Positions 21,331-32,687 of a stretch of 64,000 nucleotides of DNA are shown one piece after another. Position numbers and translations under genes: made by a program. The stretch is taken from the NCBI GenBank assembly GCA_000002445.1, contig CM000207.1, forward strand, positions 736,001 through 800,000, written 5' to 3'. The notes under the pieces are model-generated. The model saw only the letters and a program-made list of their open reading frames with translations. It was not told where the DNA came from and searched no databases. Within the stretch, counting starts at the first letter, position 1. The number at the start of each line of letters is the position of its first letter. This stretch comes from Trypanosoma brucei. Lineage: Eukaryota.

Positions 21331-23013
21331 ATGCCTGCGAAGCGACGGCCGGTAAACATTGATAATGATGAAGTGATTGACTTCTCTACCGTTGGCAGTT
21401 CAAACATGATGAAGACGCCGGTACCTACCACGCTTCTGAAAAGTGTTGTTGATCTGAGCTCGTCAGAGCCCCCTTCCTCAGAGGCGGTAACAACTGCCAG
21501 CGCCATGGACATGAGACTGAACGCGTACACGCATCGCCATGCACCACGTCGTCGCATAGGTTTCTGCTGTAATATAGCACCGCAACCCATTGCAGTTAGT
21601 GGGGCGTCAGCATTACCCAAATCAACAACTGCCCCCACGGCTGCATCACCATCAAGTGCCGTTTCCCATGGTAGCAACACCACCTCTATGAGTGCCGATA
21701 GCAAAGAGCAGTTGGACGCGTTCTGGCGGGAGGAGGCGGCGCGGCGCGAGGAGAAGTCCAAGCAAGTAAGCCGCCAGCAGTACGAACAGCAATTGTGCGA
21801 CCTGTTTCGTGGTGCTGCACCGTTAGTGACTCCTGACCCAAAACCTTCCGGGAATGAGGACGGAAGTCGTGACATGGTTGAGCATCGTGCATATTCTCTA
21901 CTAGAACAGTTTTTTACTGACGGTGTACCGGATGTAGAGCCGTGGGATCATTGGGCACTGACGATGCCACGTTACAGTCGATCTAACATCGCTGTGGGCA
22001 TTAGCTTGGATCGGATATATCACCCTACGTTACCACCGACACACTACTCACAACTGTACCTCCATGCACCAAACAGTGAGGAGACTGTGTTCAGACTGCC
22101 AAAAACAAGGGATGAGCTGCGTGCCGAACGCCAGGAGCGGATGCGAAAAGCGAAGGAGGAACGTGATCGTGCCAAGAAAGCGGCTAAACAAAATGAACAG
22201 CTCACCGTTGTGGAATCCACCGGTGGTGGCCCAGCAAAAGTATCAATAACAGTAAGCGCAAAGGACCGACTTAGTAACCGCAACCTGCGGTACAACCTCT
22301 TCGGCGATAGTGTGCTGAACCCGTTAGGAACTGATAACAAAGTTTTTTCACAGTACCAAGAGCGCTTTCTGGAGCACCAGCGAAGGAACCATAAACGGCA
22401 CGTAGAGGCCATTCCCCATCAAATTGAAAAGCGTAAGCAAGATATAAAGCGGCACTCGGAGGAGCGACCTGTATTCCGTGCCTACCACATCTACCCCATA
22501 TACAGCTCAGCGCACTTGGGGAAGCTTCGTAACTTTGCAAATGACGGTTTGCTTCGCGGTTTCGTTTTGTGGATTTGCCGCTGCCATGCGATTATTGTCC
22601 TGACTGGTGGTGAGGTGGCAGTGCGGCACCTGGAGCGTTGGATACTCGAAAAGATGAAGTGGGAATCGTCGGAGACGAAAGCTGTGCGCCTTATGACGTG
22701 TCCCCTACCGGATCCCGCAACCTTTTCATTTGTTCGGCAGAAATCTCGGAAGCGTGATCGGCAACAACAGGGAGACGATGGCAGCCGAGGGCGTGAAGAG
22801 AATCAACTGGAGGGAGACCGTCATGGCACCGATGGGGAGCGGGCACATGTGTACATGAATTTTGTGGAGAGTGTACAGGAGGGCGAATCGTTCATGTGCA
22901 ACATGCCAGCAGAAGGCCCTTGGCGGGACCTTACCCATGTGTGGCGCGCAGCCGTTGGGGCAGTCGTAGCTGTGGGTGGTGGTAACAATACGGAAAGTCA
23001 GTCAACTGTGTGA
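21331..23013 (+). CDS. Hypothetical protein, 560 aa, with a charged central region (ERQERMRKAKEERDRAKKAAKQ) suggesting a coiled coil
   Basis: Long ORF co-directional with the cluster. No catalytic motifs recognised. Confidence 0.55.
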   Translation: MPAKRRPVNIDNDEVIDFSTVGSSNMMKTPVPTTLLKSVVDLSSSEPPSSEAVTTASAMDMRLNAYTHRHAPRRRIGFCCNIAPQPIAVSGASALPKSTTAPTAASPSSAVSHGSNTTSMSADSKEQLDAFWREEAARREEKSKQVSRQQYEQQLCDLFRGAAPLVTPDPKPSGNEDGSRDMVEHRAYSLLEQFFTDGVPDVEPWDHWALTMPRYSRSNIAVGISLDRIYHPTLPPTHYSQLYLHAPNSEETVFRLPKTRDELRAERQERMRKAKEERDRAKKAAKQNEQLTVVESTGGGPAKVSITVSAKDRLSNRNLRYNLFGDSVLNPLGTDNKVFSQYQERFLEHQRRNHKRHVEAIPHQIEKRKQDIKRHSEERPVFRAYHIYPIYSSAHLGKLRNFANDGLLRGFVLWICRCHAIIVLTGGEVAVRHLERWILEKMKWESSETKAVRLMTCPLPDPATFSFVRQKSRKRDRQQQGDDGSRGREENQLEGDRHGTDGERAHVYMNFVESVQEGESFMCNMPAEGPWRDLTHVWRAAVGAVVAVGGGNNTESQSTV

Positions 23014-23421
23014 CATGGACCCAATCGTACTGTGAGTTGAAGCGCCGCGGGCTTTAGGCCTGTGGGGTTTTTATATTTTGTTTTGTGTATGTGCTTCGGC
23101 AGATTCGTATGTGTTTCTTCCGCTGAAGACTGTGTGGTCGTGGGTTCTGTTGTGTTAAACGCTGCTATTTGACCTTTCCACACCGCAACACGAGACTTTC
23201 CTCCCCATGGAATTATGATTTATTTTTACCTTATAGGAGAATTGAAGGGAAAAAGTTTAGATACGAGAGCAAAAGAGGAGGTACAGGAAATCGCTTGAGC
23301 AGAAAGTTATCGCATCCGCAAGAGGCCTTCCAGAGAAGAAGGAACAGAGGCCAGCAGGTAGTATCACCGCCTATTTTTCAGGAACTAAATTGTTACGGAG
23401 GACTTTATCGCTACAATAAAT

Positions 23422-24405
23422 ATGCTTCCATGTCCGTCGTTCTCTACCACAACTCCAAGGTTTGACATGGACACCTATCTGGGTCGTACTTTTTACTTTT
23501 TTTCCACCATCAACCCACTGTTGTGCTTTGAGACGTCAAACTCATTGAAGCGCCATCAGGAGCTGCTCAATCGTGTGGCAGCGGGAGAGGAAGGGGTTGC
23601 AAGCGACAGACAACTGTGGAAAGCACGCACTGCAATAGAAATATGCGTGCATCCCACCACTAAGGAAGTTATATTTCCACCTTACAGGATGTGTGCTTTC
23701 CTTCCTGTGAATAGTTTTATCGTACCCTTCATGATGTCACCGACGACCATTGCAAGCCCTGCGCTCACAATATTCATTCAGTGGTTTAACCAGAGCTATA
23801 ACTGCGCGGTGAATTATGCAAATCGCTCCTCCGATAAGCAACCGATGTCGGAACTATCTAAGGCGTACGTCGCCGCTGTTGGTGTTTCCTGCGCCGGAGC
23901 ACTAGGTGCTACAGCAATGCTGAAGAAAGTAAAAGGTGGCACATTGAAAGCCACAGCTGTTCGTGCGGGGTTACCTTTCGTGGCGGTATCTGCGGCGGCA
24001 ATTGTGAATCTTTCTCTAATGCGTAAGAATGAGTGGATTCCATCAGGCACTGGCCTACAAGTTGTTGACGAGGATGGTGAGGTGCGGGGCAGCAGTCGTG
24101 TTGCCGGCATGCAAAGTCTCATGATGTGTTCCGTCACGCGTGTTACATGGAACCTTATTTCCATGGTGTTGCCGCTTTTGATGATGCGACCACTCCTTGC
24201 CCGCTGTGCAGCTGTTCGGGCTCGACCTGTTGTGTATGAAACAGCACTGCAGATTGCCAGCCTCGGCGTCGGTGTTCCGCTTGCATTGGGTGCATTTAGC
24301 ACAACAGTGAGTGTACCTGCGAATCGGTTGGAGCCGGAACTTCGTGGGTTGAAGCGAAAGGACGGCTCGCCTGTTGAAATATTCACGTATTACAAGGGTT
24401 TGTAG
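23422..24405 (+). CDS. Sideroflexin-like mitochondrial carrier (tricarboxylate carrier / Mtc family)
   Basis: Contains FIQWFNQSYNCAVNYANRS, which matches the sideroflexin signature N-Q-S-x-N-x-x-x-N-Y-x-N-R. Several predicted transmembrane stretches are present. The true start may be the downstream Met (MDTYLG). Confidence 0.65.
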   Translation: MLPCPSFSTTTPRFDMDTYLGRTFYFFSTINPLLCFETSNSLKRHQELLNRVAAGEEGVASDRQLWKARTAIEICVHPTTKEVIFPPYRMCAFLPVNSFIVPFMMSPTTIASPALTIFIQWFNQSYNCAVNYANRSSDKQPMSELSKAYVAAVGVSCAGALGATAMLKKVKGGTLKATAVRAGLPFVAVSAAAIVNLSLMRKNEWIPSGTGLQVVDEDGEVRGSSRVAGMQSLMMCSVTRVTWNLISMVLPLLMMRPLLARCAAVRARPVVYETALQIASLGVGVPLALGAFSTTVSVPANRLEPELRGLKRKDGSPVEIFTYYKGL

Positions 24406-25177
24406 TTGGTGGGGATAATTTTTCCCGTCGCGTTTGCATGTGCATGTGTGTATATGTGTGTGTGCGTGTGCGTGAAGGGACGCTGCTGGCGTGCCACTGT
24501 GGCATTATAATTTTGTTCTGTGCTGGGAATGCGCCGAATGCGTTAGAAGATGACTCAGTTAAAGCAGAATGGGGGGAAAATTTAAAAAAATGAGGAGGGA
24601 AAGAAAGAAAGAGAAGAGAATCATTATCGTACGTGGAGGTTTGAGTTTTTTTTCTTTATTGTTCCTTATCATTCCATGAAAACGAAATCATGAGGTTTAG
24701 CGGTTTTACCCCCTACCCCTACTCCCATTCTCATCTCTTTCTCTTTGCCTCCCCTTTTCCTTTTTTCCTTTTACCTATTTTTTTTTTGTATAGGCATGTT
24801 TCGGTAAAAGCAGGGGGATGGTGGCACTTTTACTTTCCTTCGACGCGAGGCCGACTGAACTTTCCACTATGATGAAGCGGGAAGATGCGGTAAAGGGTTA
24901 AAAAACGGAGTGAACGATTTTTATTAATTTGTTTAAAAAGAATGAAAAGAGGAGGTATTAACGAATTGTGTGGATAACACGAAGCGTTTTTTTAATAAAA
25001 GGAAGAAAGAAAGGGAAAGCACCTTGTTGTGCTGTATCCTCTTCTCCACATTTTTAATGATGACTGCGTGGTTTTTCTTTCTTCCTTCTCTCTTTTTATT
25101 CCTCTCAGAAGTATGTCTACCCCCGAAAATATATAAATATCCAAATATGCAGGTGTGTCTGTATTTATGTTTATGTT

Positions 25178-25180
<3 letters not shown>

Positions 25181-25210
<30 letters not shown>
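25181..25210. repeat. (AT)15 microsatellite
   Basis: Direct read. Similar (TA)n blocks occur near 19445-19468, 25646-25666, 26349-26375, 45106-45125 and 63318-63350. Confidence 0.9.
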
Positions 25211-25214
<4 letters not shown>

Positions 25215-27642
25215 TTATTTATTCATATGTATGAATTTGTTTTTTTATTGATTTGCTCTATGCACCTGCTGTCTCTTTTGTTCATTCCCTTTGGATTCAC
25301 CGCACCACTTTGGCTACTGGTACGTCGCCGCGACGCATACAACTAAGAGAAAAACAAAATAAAAATATACGGCACCATGGCGAAAAAAAGGTGCACTGAC
25401 TCAGCAACACATGTACACGCATAATCAGACGCACACAAAATACACTTAAATGATGTGGACGACCATTTCGTGGGATCGTAGAGGACAATATACGCAAAAT
25501 AGAAACAATTAATGGGGAGGAGAAAATGTAGTCGACATTTTACGAAAAGGTGGGATTTATTTTCAGTTGTCGGGCTGTTAAATATATGCAGCTTCCACAC
25601 GACCCTCTCCCCTTGTGGGACTTGTCTCTGGATTTCACTGCCTCTTTCAATATATATATATATATATGCTTGTGTGTTTATGTGTTTTATTTTAATCGTT
25701 ATTATTTTCATCACTGTGTGTTGTGCTTTGCGACTCACACGTGGTTTTATTTGTTCCTTTTCTTACTTACTTTTTTTTTCTTGAGTTTTGTTATTATTAT
25801 TATTATTTTAATTTTTTTTTTCGTTGTTCCTCTCTCTGTTTTTTTTTTGTACTGCAGAAAACGGTAGTGAGGAATACAGTGCAAAGGATGGGTGTATATC
25901 GCATGTGACCATTTGGCGTTTTTTTTCTTTTTATTCTTTTCTTCAACATATCACTTATTTATAACGTCATGCAGGGGTAATTTTGTTTGATTCGGTTTTA
26001 TTTATGTATTTGCTTTCCTTTTTTCTTTTTTTCTTTTTTAAGGAAAAAAAATTTCCATTTCCATTTGTTTTTGTTACTTTTTTTTTTTTTCCAGACACCC
26101 TGTCTTCTTTTTTTTTTTTCATATTTTTGCTACTGTGGCAGTTTTGCTTTTTTTTCTTTTGTGAGGGAAAGGGAGAGATTCTCAGGGTTCGAAGAGAAAC
26201 ACAAGGAGCGATGAAAATGTGTGCGGCTGCGTTTTGAAGGTTTTGTTACACTTTTGTCCTCTTCTTAGTGGTTCAATCACTGAAAATAAAATAGTCCCCC
26301 CCCCAGCGCATACTCAAATATAAATATAAACAAATATAAACAAATATAAGTATATATATATATATATATATATTTATTTATTTATATACGCTAATTTCAG
26401 GTGACAATTGTCTAGAAGAAACAGACAGGTATATGTTCATATTTATTTATATTTATGTGTATGCGCAGTGGAGGTGTAATAAACTTATCTATACTGTCCA
26501 CGGGAAATGAAAGTGTGAGGGTACACTTCTTTCTTTCCTTCCCTTCGGTTTGTGTATTGTTTTCGTTTTTTCTTTTTTTTTAAAAAAAAAGAAAAGAAAG
26601 GGGGAAACATGTTGAATGTTCGATGGCTTATTATTTTTCACTCCTCGTTTGGTCTGTTCATTTGAAGGGCTTGCAAGCCAAGTTTGTGATCGCTTTTGTG
26701 TGTTTGTGTGGGTGTGTATTCATGTGCGTTCAGCAAATATTTTGTTTTTCTTTCTTTTTTTATTTTTGTTCATTTATCGGTTACGGGAAAACAAAGGTGT
26801 TGAATAGAAGGTGACAGAGGCAAAAAGCGATGAAACGATGATATCAATCCCCCCTTGCTCTTCCCAATTATTAAGAAAAAGGGAAGGGAAACTTAAAACA
26901 AAACAAACAAACACTGATTTAATCGCTAACCTCGCATCAAACGCATCCTAGGTGTGTAGCAAGTGTATCTGCACCTCTATAAAATGTTTTAAAGTATTTT
27001 TTTAAATTTAAAATAAAAAAGTGTCTTCATTGCATTTTATTTTGTTTTATCTCTTCGCTTTTCTTCTATTTTATATTAGGGTGCAGCGGCAAGGAGGAAC
27101 ACCACCACCACCACTTCCTCCACCAGGTCTCAGCAGCAACGGTAGCGTGGGAGAGAAATTGGGGGACGGGGAAGGAAAGAAGGAAACTTAAGCAAAAAAA
27201 AGAAAAGAAAAGAAAGAAAAGAAGTGAAGTGAAGTGAAGGCCATAAAGGCACAATTTATTGTACAAGAACGGAAGAAATAAAAAGCGGCGAGGGCTGTAA
27301 ACCCTCAGGGCGATAACCACAATCGCCAGCATCATATTAACACATACGTGGCCCGGTTGGCTGTGCGGTACGGCTCATTGGCGGGCCAAAGTGTCTGTGA
27401 GCAAAAGGAAAAAAATAATAAATTAATTTAATCAGTGGGAAACGCCGGGTCGTGCAGGTGTGTCCGAGGTTGAGTAAATCAAGGTTTTGAGACAGTGTCG
27501 GTGGACAGTGATTGGAAAGAAAAAAGGAGGAGAGAAAAAAAAAACGGCAATCAACAGGGGAAAGAAAGAGAGAGGGAAGGAAGGAAAAGAGGGAGGGGGG
27601 ATCTTCACAAGAGAAAAGTTAAAGCCATAGAACCAATAAAAC

Positions 27643-30288
27643 ATGACCGAATCTGAGAAAGCCCGTACCGTGACAGGGAGGGGACTCGTGGATTTACCTC
27701 AGCGGTTTAGTCAAGTGGACATAACGTACGCGGCATCCACATCCAACCAAACATCCGCTCGAACGGCTGAACCAACAGCTCCGATTCTTACTGACATTGA
27801 GATTACTGAAAAGGCTAGTCTGGTAAATGATGTCAAAGGCGCTTACGCCTCAGATGGGTATCCGATATGTTGCTCAGGAAGCAAAACGGGTGGTGCCCTA
27901 TACGGTGCTTTCGTGGAGCTTCGGAACCCTTCCCTGCATGGTGTAACGTTGCCACCAGCGGAAACTATCGTTGTTGCCAGCACTCCCAGCGACCCCGTTA
28001 AGCACTTCACTTCGGGGGGTGAAGGTGGCTCTCATTCAACTAATGGATCCGATGCTGATGGTGTGACTGCGGCGAGTAATATAGTTGACCCTCGCGCAGC
28101 CATCCTGCGTATTGTTTGGAAGCGTGGATCACATCTGCTTAATCCACATGCAGCAGAGCACTTGGATCTCCCAATGAAGGAAACACCCACCAAGACTGAG
28201 ATGTCGACATCAAGTGTAGTGCTTCCAAAACTTCCATGCTACGGGATCGAACGGCACCTGCGGCGGTTTCCCGATGGCGTGCACAGTGTGGACACTTCTC
28301 CCCGACTGAATGAACTTCTCTTGGATATTCCACCGGGTTCAGTGGGGGATACTGTGAAAACAGCACCACAAGAGCACGAGAAAAAGGCAGTTGACGATTT
28401 CCCTGATGGGGCAACCAGGGGTGCAAAGAAACGTACAAACAGTAATGGCAGCAGGAAAAGCAGAAGGAACAATAGATCGAAGGGCAATAATGCAGATATG
28501 GATGGAGATGACACATCTCCAGAGGATGGTGGCGGACGGAAGGGGGCGCCGTTACGAGAAAAGGAGCCCATGGGAAATGCACCTGTACAACTAACACTAA
28601 TAACAGCATGCAGTTTTAACCACCTCACTTTGTATGCTGTACGTCACCAGGCAGGAAATGTATTGGCGTTCGTACCACTGCAGACCATCATCGCCTCTGT
28701 AACGACGCGAAAAATTACCAGTCATTGTGTGTTTTTGCTGTCCGTTGATACATACGAGTCCTATGATTCCCCGGGTATGTGTACCTCTGGTGCTTCACCA
28801 GTATTGCACGGGGCGGAGAAGAAGGAACCGAAGAGAGGGACCGTGAAGCAAAAGCAAGGCCTTGGCGGTCAAGCGCTCAAAGGAGAAGGTGACAGCACTC
28901 CGCCATGTGAAGGGGGAAAGGAATTTTTGTTTGAACCCGTTCAAGTAGGTGGGGAGAGTTCCGGTGGTGGGGGAGTCATGCGCGTGGCGACCGTCTTTCT
29001 TGCGGTGGAGCCCTACTTGTTGCTGGGTAACCAGAGTGGGGATATTATGCTCTTCAGCGTTTTCAAGGGAAAAGTGGTGCAGCGGCTCAACCCTTCTGGA
29101 CTTCCCAGGTCAGACTCTTTCTTCAGAGGAAGCCAGGAAGATTCGACGGGGTCAAAGCAACTAGTAGGTGCAACTGTCTCGTGCATTGTGGAAATAAGCT
29201 GCGGTGCGGAGAAACGATTGACACGTTTAATTAGCAATGCGATTGCATCCCGTGTACGGGGCAGAGATCGTTTTACAGCTCCTTCTGTTGGAGCTGCGGG
29301 AACACCACCTTCTGTGTTTGCCGTCGGTTTTGATGACGGTCAGGTGCTGCTTGTGGACGTGACGGCTGAAGGAGCCTGCTTAAGTAAGCGTGTGAGCTCA
29401 TTCAGCGGGAATCCCATCCACGGGATCGCTATGCGGGCACCTCACTACTTTACAAGGGTATGGACTTCTCAGCAGTACATGAAGGGATATGAAAAGCAAC
29501 GCTCTCCCATATGCACGGTGTTTACACATGCGGATACCCTTACCTTCAACGAGGACGGTGCCATTGCCGCGGTATCTTCTAATGGCGGTGTCCTGCGTCT
29601 CCTGCGAGCACCCGAGATGGATGAGGAAGTGTGCCGATTGGCAACTCTTCACTGTGACACCGCAGGGGATTTCTTGTCTTTGCAGTGGATGTCAAGTTGT
29701 GTCGGTACAGCGCTTCTTCCTGATCTCCTCATCGCCACGAGCGAAGATGACAGTATTGGCGTTTACCAGTTTGTGCAGTCAAGGAATTGCACGACCAGCT
29801 TGGTTCGACAAGATGGTTTCACACCTGAGAGACCTAACTTTAATGCAAGTATGGATACTATACATGACAATATTACATTGATCTCACGGCGCTTCTTCCA
29901 TCACTCTTGGGTAGTTAATCTTACCACGATGCAGCGCCCCAACGGGAGTCTTCTGATCGCTACATCTTACGATGGTCGGAGTTCCTTCTGGCCAATCAGT
30001 TACGGCGGCACCACCGCCACTAATACTCCTGGCGGTTCACTCCCCCGCGGGGGAGGCTCTGAGGTGTCACTCCAAAAGTGCCTATCAGATTATCTTATAA
30101 GGGATATGGGTGCTAAGCTCCACAGTTTCGGGCACGTGTTTCCATCCCACCCAGCGGCGTCGTTTGTCCTTCACAAGGGCGACATATCGCGGTGCATCGT
30201 TGGTGGGGCTGGGAACAGTTACTTTATAGTTTCATTATGTTTGCAAGGGTTTGTGAAAGTATGGGAGGTGAAATGGAGTGGGGGATGA
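27643..30288 (+). CDS. Hypothetical protein, 881 aa, with WD40/beta-propeller-like repeats in the C-terminal half
   Basis: Blade-like motifs are present: GFDDGQVLLVDV, LLIATSEDDSIGVYQF, LLIATSYDGRSSFWPI, and C-terminal GFVKVWEV. The N-terminal half is low-complexity and basic (KKRTNSNGSRKSRRNNRSKG). Confidence 0.5.
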   Translation: MTESEKARTVTGRGLVDLPQRFSQVDITYAASTSNQTSARTAEPTAPILTDIEITEKASLVNDVKGAYASDGYPICCSGSKTGGALYGAFVELRNPSLHGVTLPPAETIVVASTPSDPVKHFTSGGEGGSHSTNGSDADGVTAASNIVDPRAAILRIVWKRGSHLLNPHAAEHLDLPMKETPTKTEMSTSSVVLPKLPCYGIERHLRRFPDGVHSVDTSPRLNELLLDIPPGSVGDTVKTAPQEHEKKAVDDFPDGATRGAKKRTNSNGSRKSRRNNRSKGNNADMDGDDTSPEDGGGRKGAPLREKEPMGNAPVQLTLITACSFNHLTLYAVRHQAGNVLAFVPLQTIIASVTTRKITSHCVFLLSVDTYESYDSPGMCTSGASPVLHGAEKKEPKRGTVKQKQGLGGQALKGEGDSTPPCEGGKEFLFEPVQVGGESSGGGGVMRVATVFLAVEPYLLLGNQSGDIMLFSVFKGKVVQRLNPSGLPRSDSFFRGSQEDSTGSKQLVGATVSCIVEISCGAEKRLTRLISNAIASRVRGRDRFTAPSVGAAGTPPSVFAVGFDDGQVLLVDVTAEGACLSKRVSSFSGNPIHGIAMRAPHYFTRVWTSQQYMKGYEKQRSPICTVFTHADTLTFNEDGAIAAVSSNGGVLRLLRAPEMDEEVCRLATLHCDTAGDFLSLQWMSSCVGTALLPDLLIATSEDDSIGVYQFVQSRNCTTSLVRQDGFTPERPNFNASMDTIHDNITLISRRFFHHSWVVNLTTMQRPNGSLLIATSYDGRSSFWPISYGGTTATNTPGGSLPRGGGSEVSLQKCLSDYLIRDMGAKLHSFGHVFPSHPAASFVLHKGDISRCIVGGAGNSYFIVSLCLQGFVKVWEVKWSGG

Positions 30289-30605
30289 GGCAGTTCATTT
30301 GTTTTCGCATGATTTATTCTTTATCGTATCGTCACTCGTTATCTTTATTTCGTTTATTCTAATTGATTAGCGTCCCCCTGTGCGCACGATTCACAGTTAC
30401 GTATATAAACTACTGTCATCTTTTTGTTCGCATTTCTCATAGTCGTTGTTGCGTGTGCGCCGCGTGTTAGTGACGGCGTGTGTATGTATGATTTCACTGT
30501 GTCATTAGATACTTTCCTTTCCACCATCATTCTGGTTTCATCTTAGGCGAGCCAGCACGCGGACACACAAATAAATATTGAGGAGAAGTGTGACGGAAGG
30601 TCGAA

Positions 30606-30656
30606 TATTTCTTTCTTCTCCATTCCTTTCCCATTCCACCAGATTTGTCTTTGTGT
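30606..30656 (+). promoter_or_regulatory. Polypyrimidine tract upstream of REL1, candidate trans-splicing signal
   Basis: ctttcttctccattcctttcccattccaccagatttgtctttgtgtaag lies about 110-160 nt before the ATG. Confidence 0.4.
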
Positions 30657-30769
30657 AAGGGTGTACTTTATCTCAAGTTACACACGACGCTTAGCTGCAT
30701 CACTGTAATTTTACCCAAGTGGTGCTGTGGAAAACGAAAAGGGAAGGAACGTAGCGGAACGAAAAAGAG

Positions 30770-32179
30770 ATGCAACTCCAAAGGTTGGGTGCTCCACTAC
30801 TTAAAAGGCTTGTGGGGGGATGCATACGCCAATCAACGGCGCCGATTATGCCATGTGTTGTTGTTAGTGGCTCGGGTGGTTTTTTGACTCCCGTGCGTAC
30901 TTACATGCCGCTCCCCAATGATCAAAGTGACTTCTCACCGTACATCGAGATTGATTTGCCAAGTGAAAGCCGCATCCAATCACTGCATAAGAGCGGACTT
31001 GCGGCACAGGAGTGGGTTGCATGTGAAAAAGTGCATGGGACAAACTTTGGTATCTACTTAATTAACCAGGGAGACCACGAGGTTGTGAGGTTTGCAAAGC
31101 GTAGTGGCATCATGGACCCAAATGAGAATTTCTTTGGTTACCACATCCTTATCGACGAGTTCACAGCACAAATTCGTATTCTAAATGACCTATTGAAACA
31201 AAAATATGGACTGAGCCGTGTTGGGCGTTTGGTGCTCAATGGAGAACTGTTTGGTGCCAAGTATAAGCACCCACTCGTTCCAAAGAGTGAGAAGTGGTGC
31301 ACGCTACCAAACGGGAAGAAGTTCCCTATCGCCGGTGTTCAAATACAGAGGGAACCCTTTCCACAATATAGTCCAGAGCTCCATTTCTTTGCATTTGACA
31401 TTAAGTACAGTGTGAGTGGCGCGGAAGAGGACTTCGTGCTGCTTGGTTACGACGAGTTCGTCGAGTTTTCTTCCAAAGTGCCCAACCTGTTATACGCGCG
31501 GGCTCTTGTTCGTGGGACGTTGGATGAGTGTTTAGCATTTGATGTGGAGAATTTCATGACACCGCTGCCCGCGTTGCTTGGCTTAGGTAATTACCCCCTT
31601 GAGGGGAATTTGGCAGAGGGTGTGGTCATTCGTCACGTACGTCGCGGGGATCCGGCGGTAGAGAAACACAACGTCTCGACTATAATCAAACTCCGCTGCT
31701 CCAGTTTCATGGAGTTGAAGCACCCCGGTAAGCAGAAGGAACTGAAGGAGACATTTATCGACACGGTACGCTCCGGAGCTCTGCGGCGGGTGCGAGGGAA
31801 TGTGACCGTTATCTCAGACTCCATGTTGCCTCAGGTGGAGGCAGCGGCCAATGATCTGTTACTAAACAATGTAAGCGATGGCAGGTTGAGCAATGTGCTA
31901 TCGAAGATTGGTCGTGAACCTCTGCTGTCTGGGGAGGTATCGCAGGTTGATGTGGCGCTTATGCTTGCTAAGGACGCACTGAAAGACTTTCTCAAGGAGG
32001 TAGATAGTTTGGTGTTGAACACAACCCTTGCTTTTCGCAAGTTGCTAATCACCAATGTCTACTTCGAGTCTAAGCGGTTAGTGGAGCAAAAGTGGAAGGA
32101 ACTCATGCAGGAAGAAGCAGCCGCGCAGTCAGAGGCTATTCCACCACTTTCACCCGCTGCCCCCACAAAGGGCGAATGA
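30770..32179 (+). CDS. REL1: Kinetoplastid RNA editing ligase 1 (mitochondrial editosome RNA ligase)
   Basis: 469 aa. The N-terminus is a basic/hydrophobic presequence. Nucleotidyltransferase motif I is CEKVHGTNFGIYL, and I counted its lysine as residue 87 from the first Met, which matches the catalytic K87 of T. brucei REL1. The length equals REL1 and the C-terminal region is the KREPA2-interacting part. Confidence 0.85.
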   Translation: MQLQRLGAPLLKRLVGGCIRQSTAPIMPCVVVSGSGGFLTPVRTYMPLPNDQSDFSPYIEIDLPSESRIQSLHKSGLAAQEWVACEKVHGTNFGIYLINQGDHEVVRFAKRSGIMDPNENFFGYHILIDEFTAQIRILNDLLKQKYGLSRVGRLVLNGELFGAKYKHPLVPKSEKWCTLPNGKKFPIAGVQIQREPFPQYSPELHFFAFDIKYSVSGAEEDFVLLGYDEFVEFSSKVPNLLYARALVRGTLDECLAFDVENFMTPLPALLGLGNYPLEGNLAEGVVIRHVRRGDPAVEKHNVSTIIKLRCSSFMELKHPGKQKELKETFIDTVRSGALRRVRGNVTVISDSMLPQVEAAANDLLLNNVSDGRLSNVLSKIGREPLLSGEVSQVDVALMLAKDALKDFLKEVDSLVLNTTLAFRKLLITNVYFESKRLVEQKWKELMQEEAAAQSEAIPPLSPAAPTKGE

Positions 32180-32687
32180 TACTGCAAATTGTTCAATTCG
32201 TGGTATCCTGCGAGCGCTCATATGCCTCCTTCCCTACTGCTTTTCAAGATGACGTCTACATCCTAATCATTGCGTGCGGTAGTGATTCACTACGCGTCAC
32301 ACAAACACATCTTTTTTGCATAAGGGTAATAAAGCCTTTCACATCGGTTGCTTGGTACTTCCGAGTCCGGGGTTTCCCCAGACCAGTGGAGAAAAAGCAC
32401 TTGTATACTTTTTTTTTGTTTTTGCTTCCACTAGTGTATTCTTCTGTGCAGTGTCATTGTTGATTACTACCCTTCATCCTCTGCGTGAAGTTGCTAGACC
32501 GGTGATAAGCTGACTTGAAGAAGGCTTGATATCTGCACCCACCGGGAGGAAGAGGGGAAAAAATACATAAAAGAGAGAATAAGGAAAGAAACAATAGGAT
32601 AGGGACGTACATAGTTCAGCTAATAACAAAACTGTTGCTACAACTCGCAACGGGGCTCCTCTGCTGTAGAGATCACCGCTTGAGGCG

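Noticed and set aside
21276-21875. Minus-strand ORFs of 140-200 aa antisense to strong + strand genes (21276..21875, 23814..24386, 36127..36675, 6173..6604 and others)
   Set aside because: They overlap far longer, motif-bearing + strand genes and have no recognisable motifs. Kinetoplastid transcription units are unidirectional. These are chance antisense frames in GC-moderate coding DNA.
17842-24405. Mobile element or retroposon (ingi/RIME/SIDER-like) between the ACS array and the sideroflexin-like gene
   Set aside because: No reverse-transcriptase or endonuclease motifs, no terminal repeats or poly(A) tails, and the ORFs are co-directional low-complexity hypotheticals.
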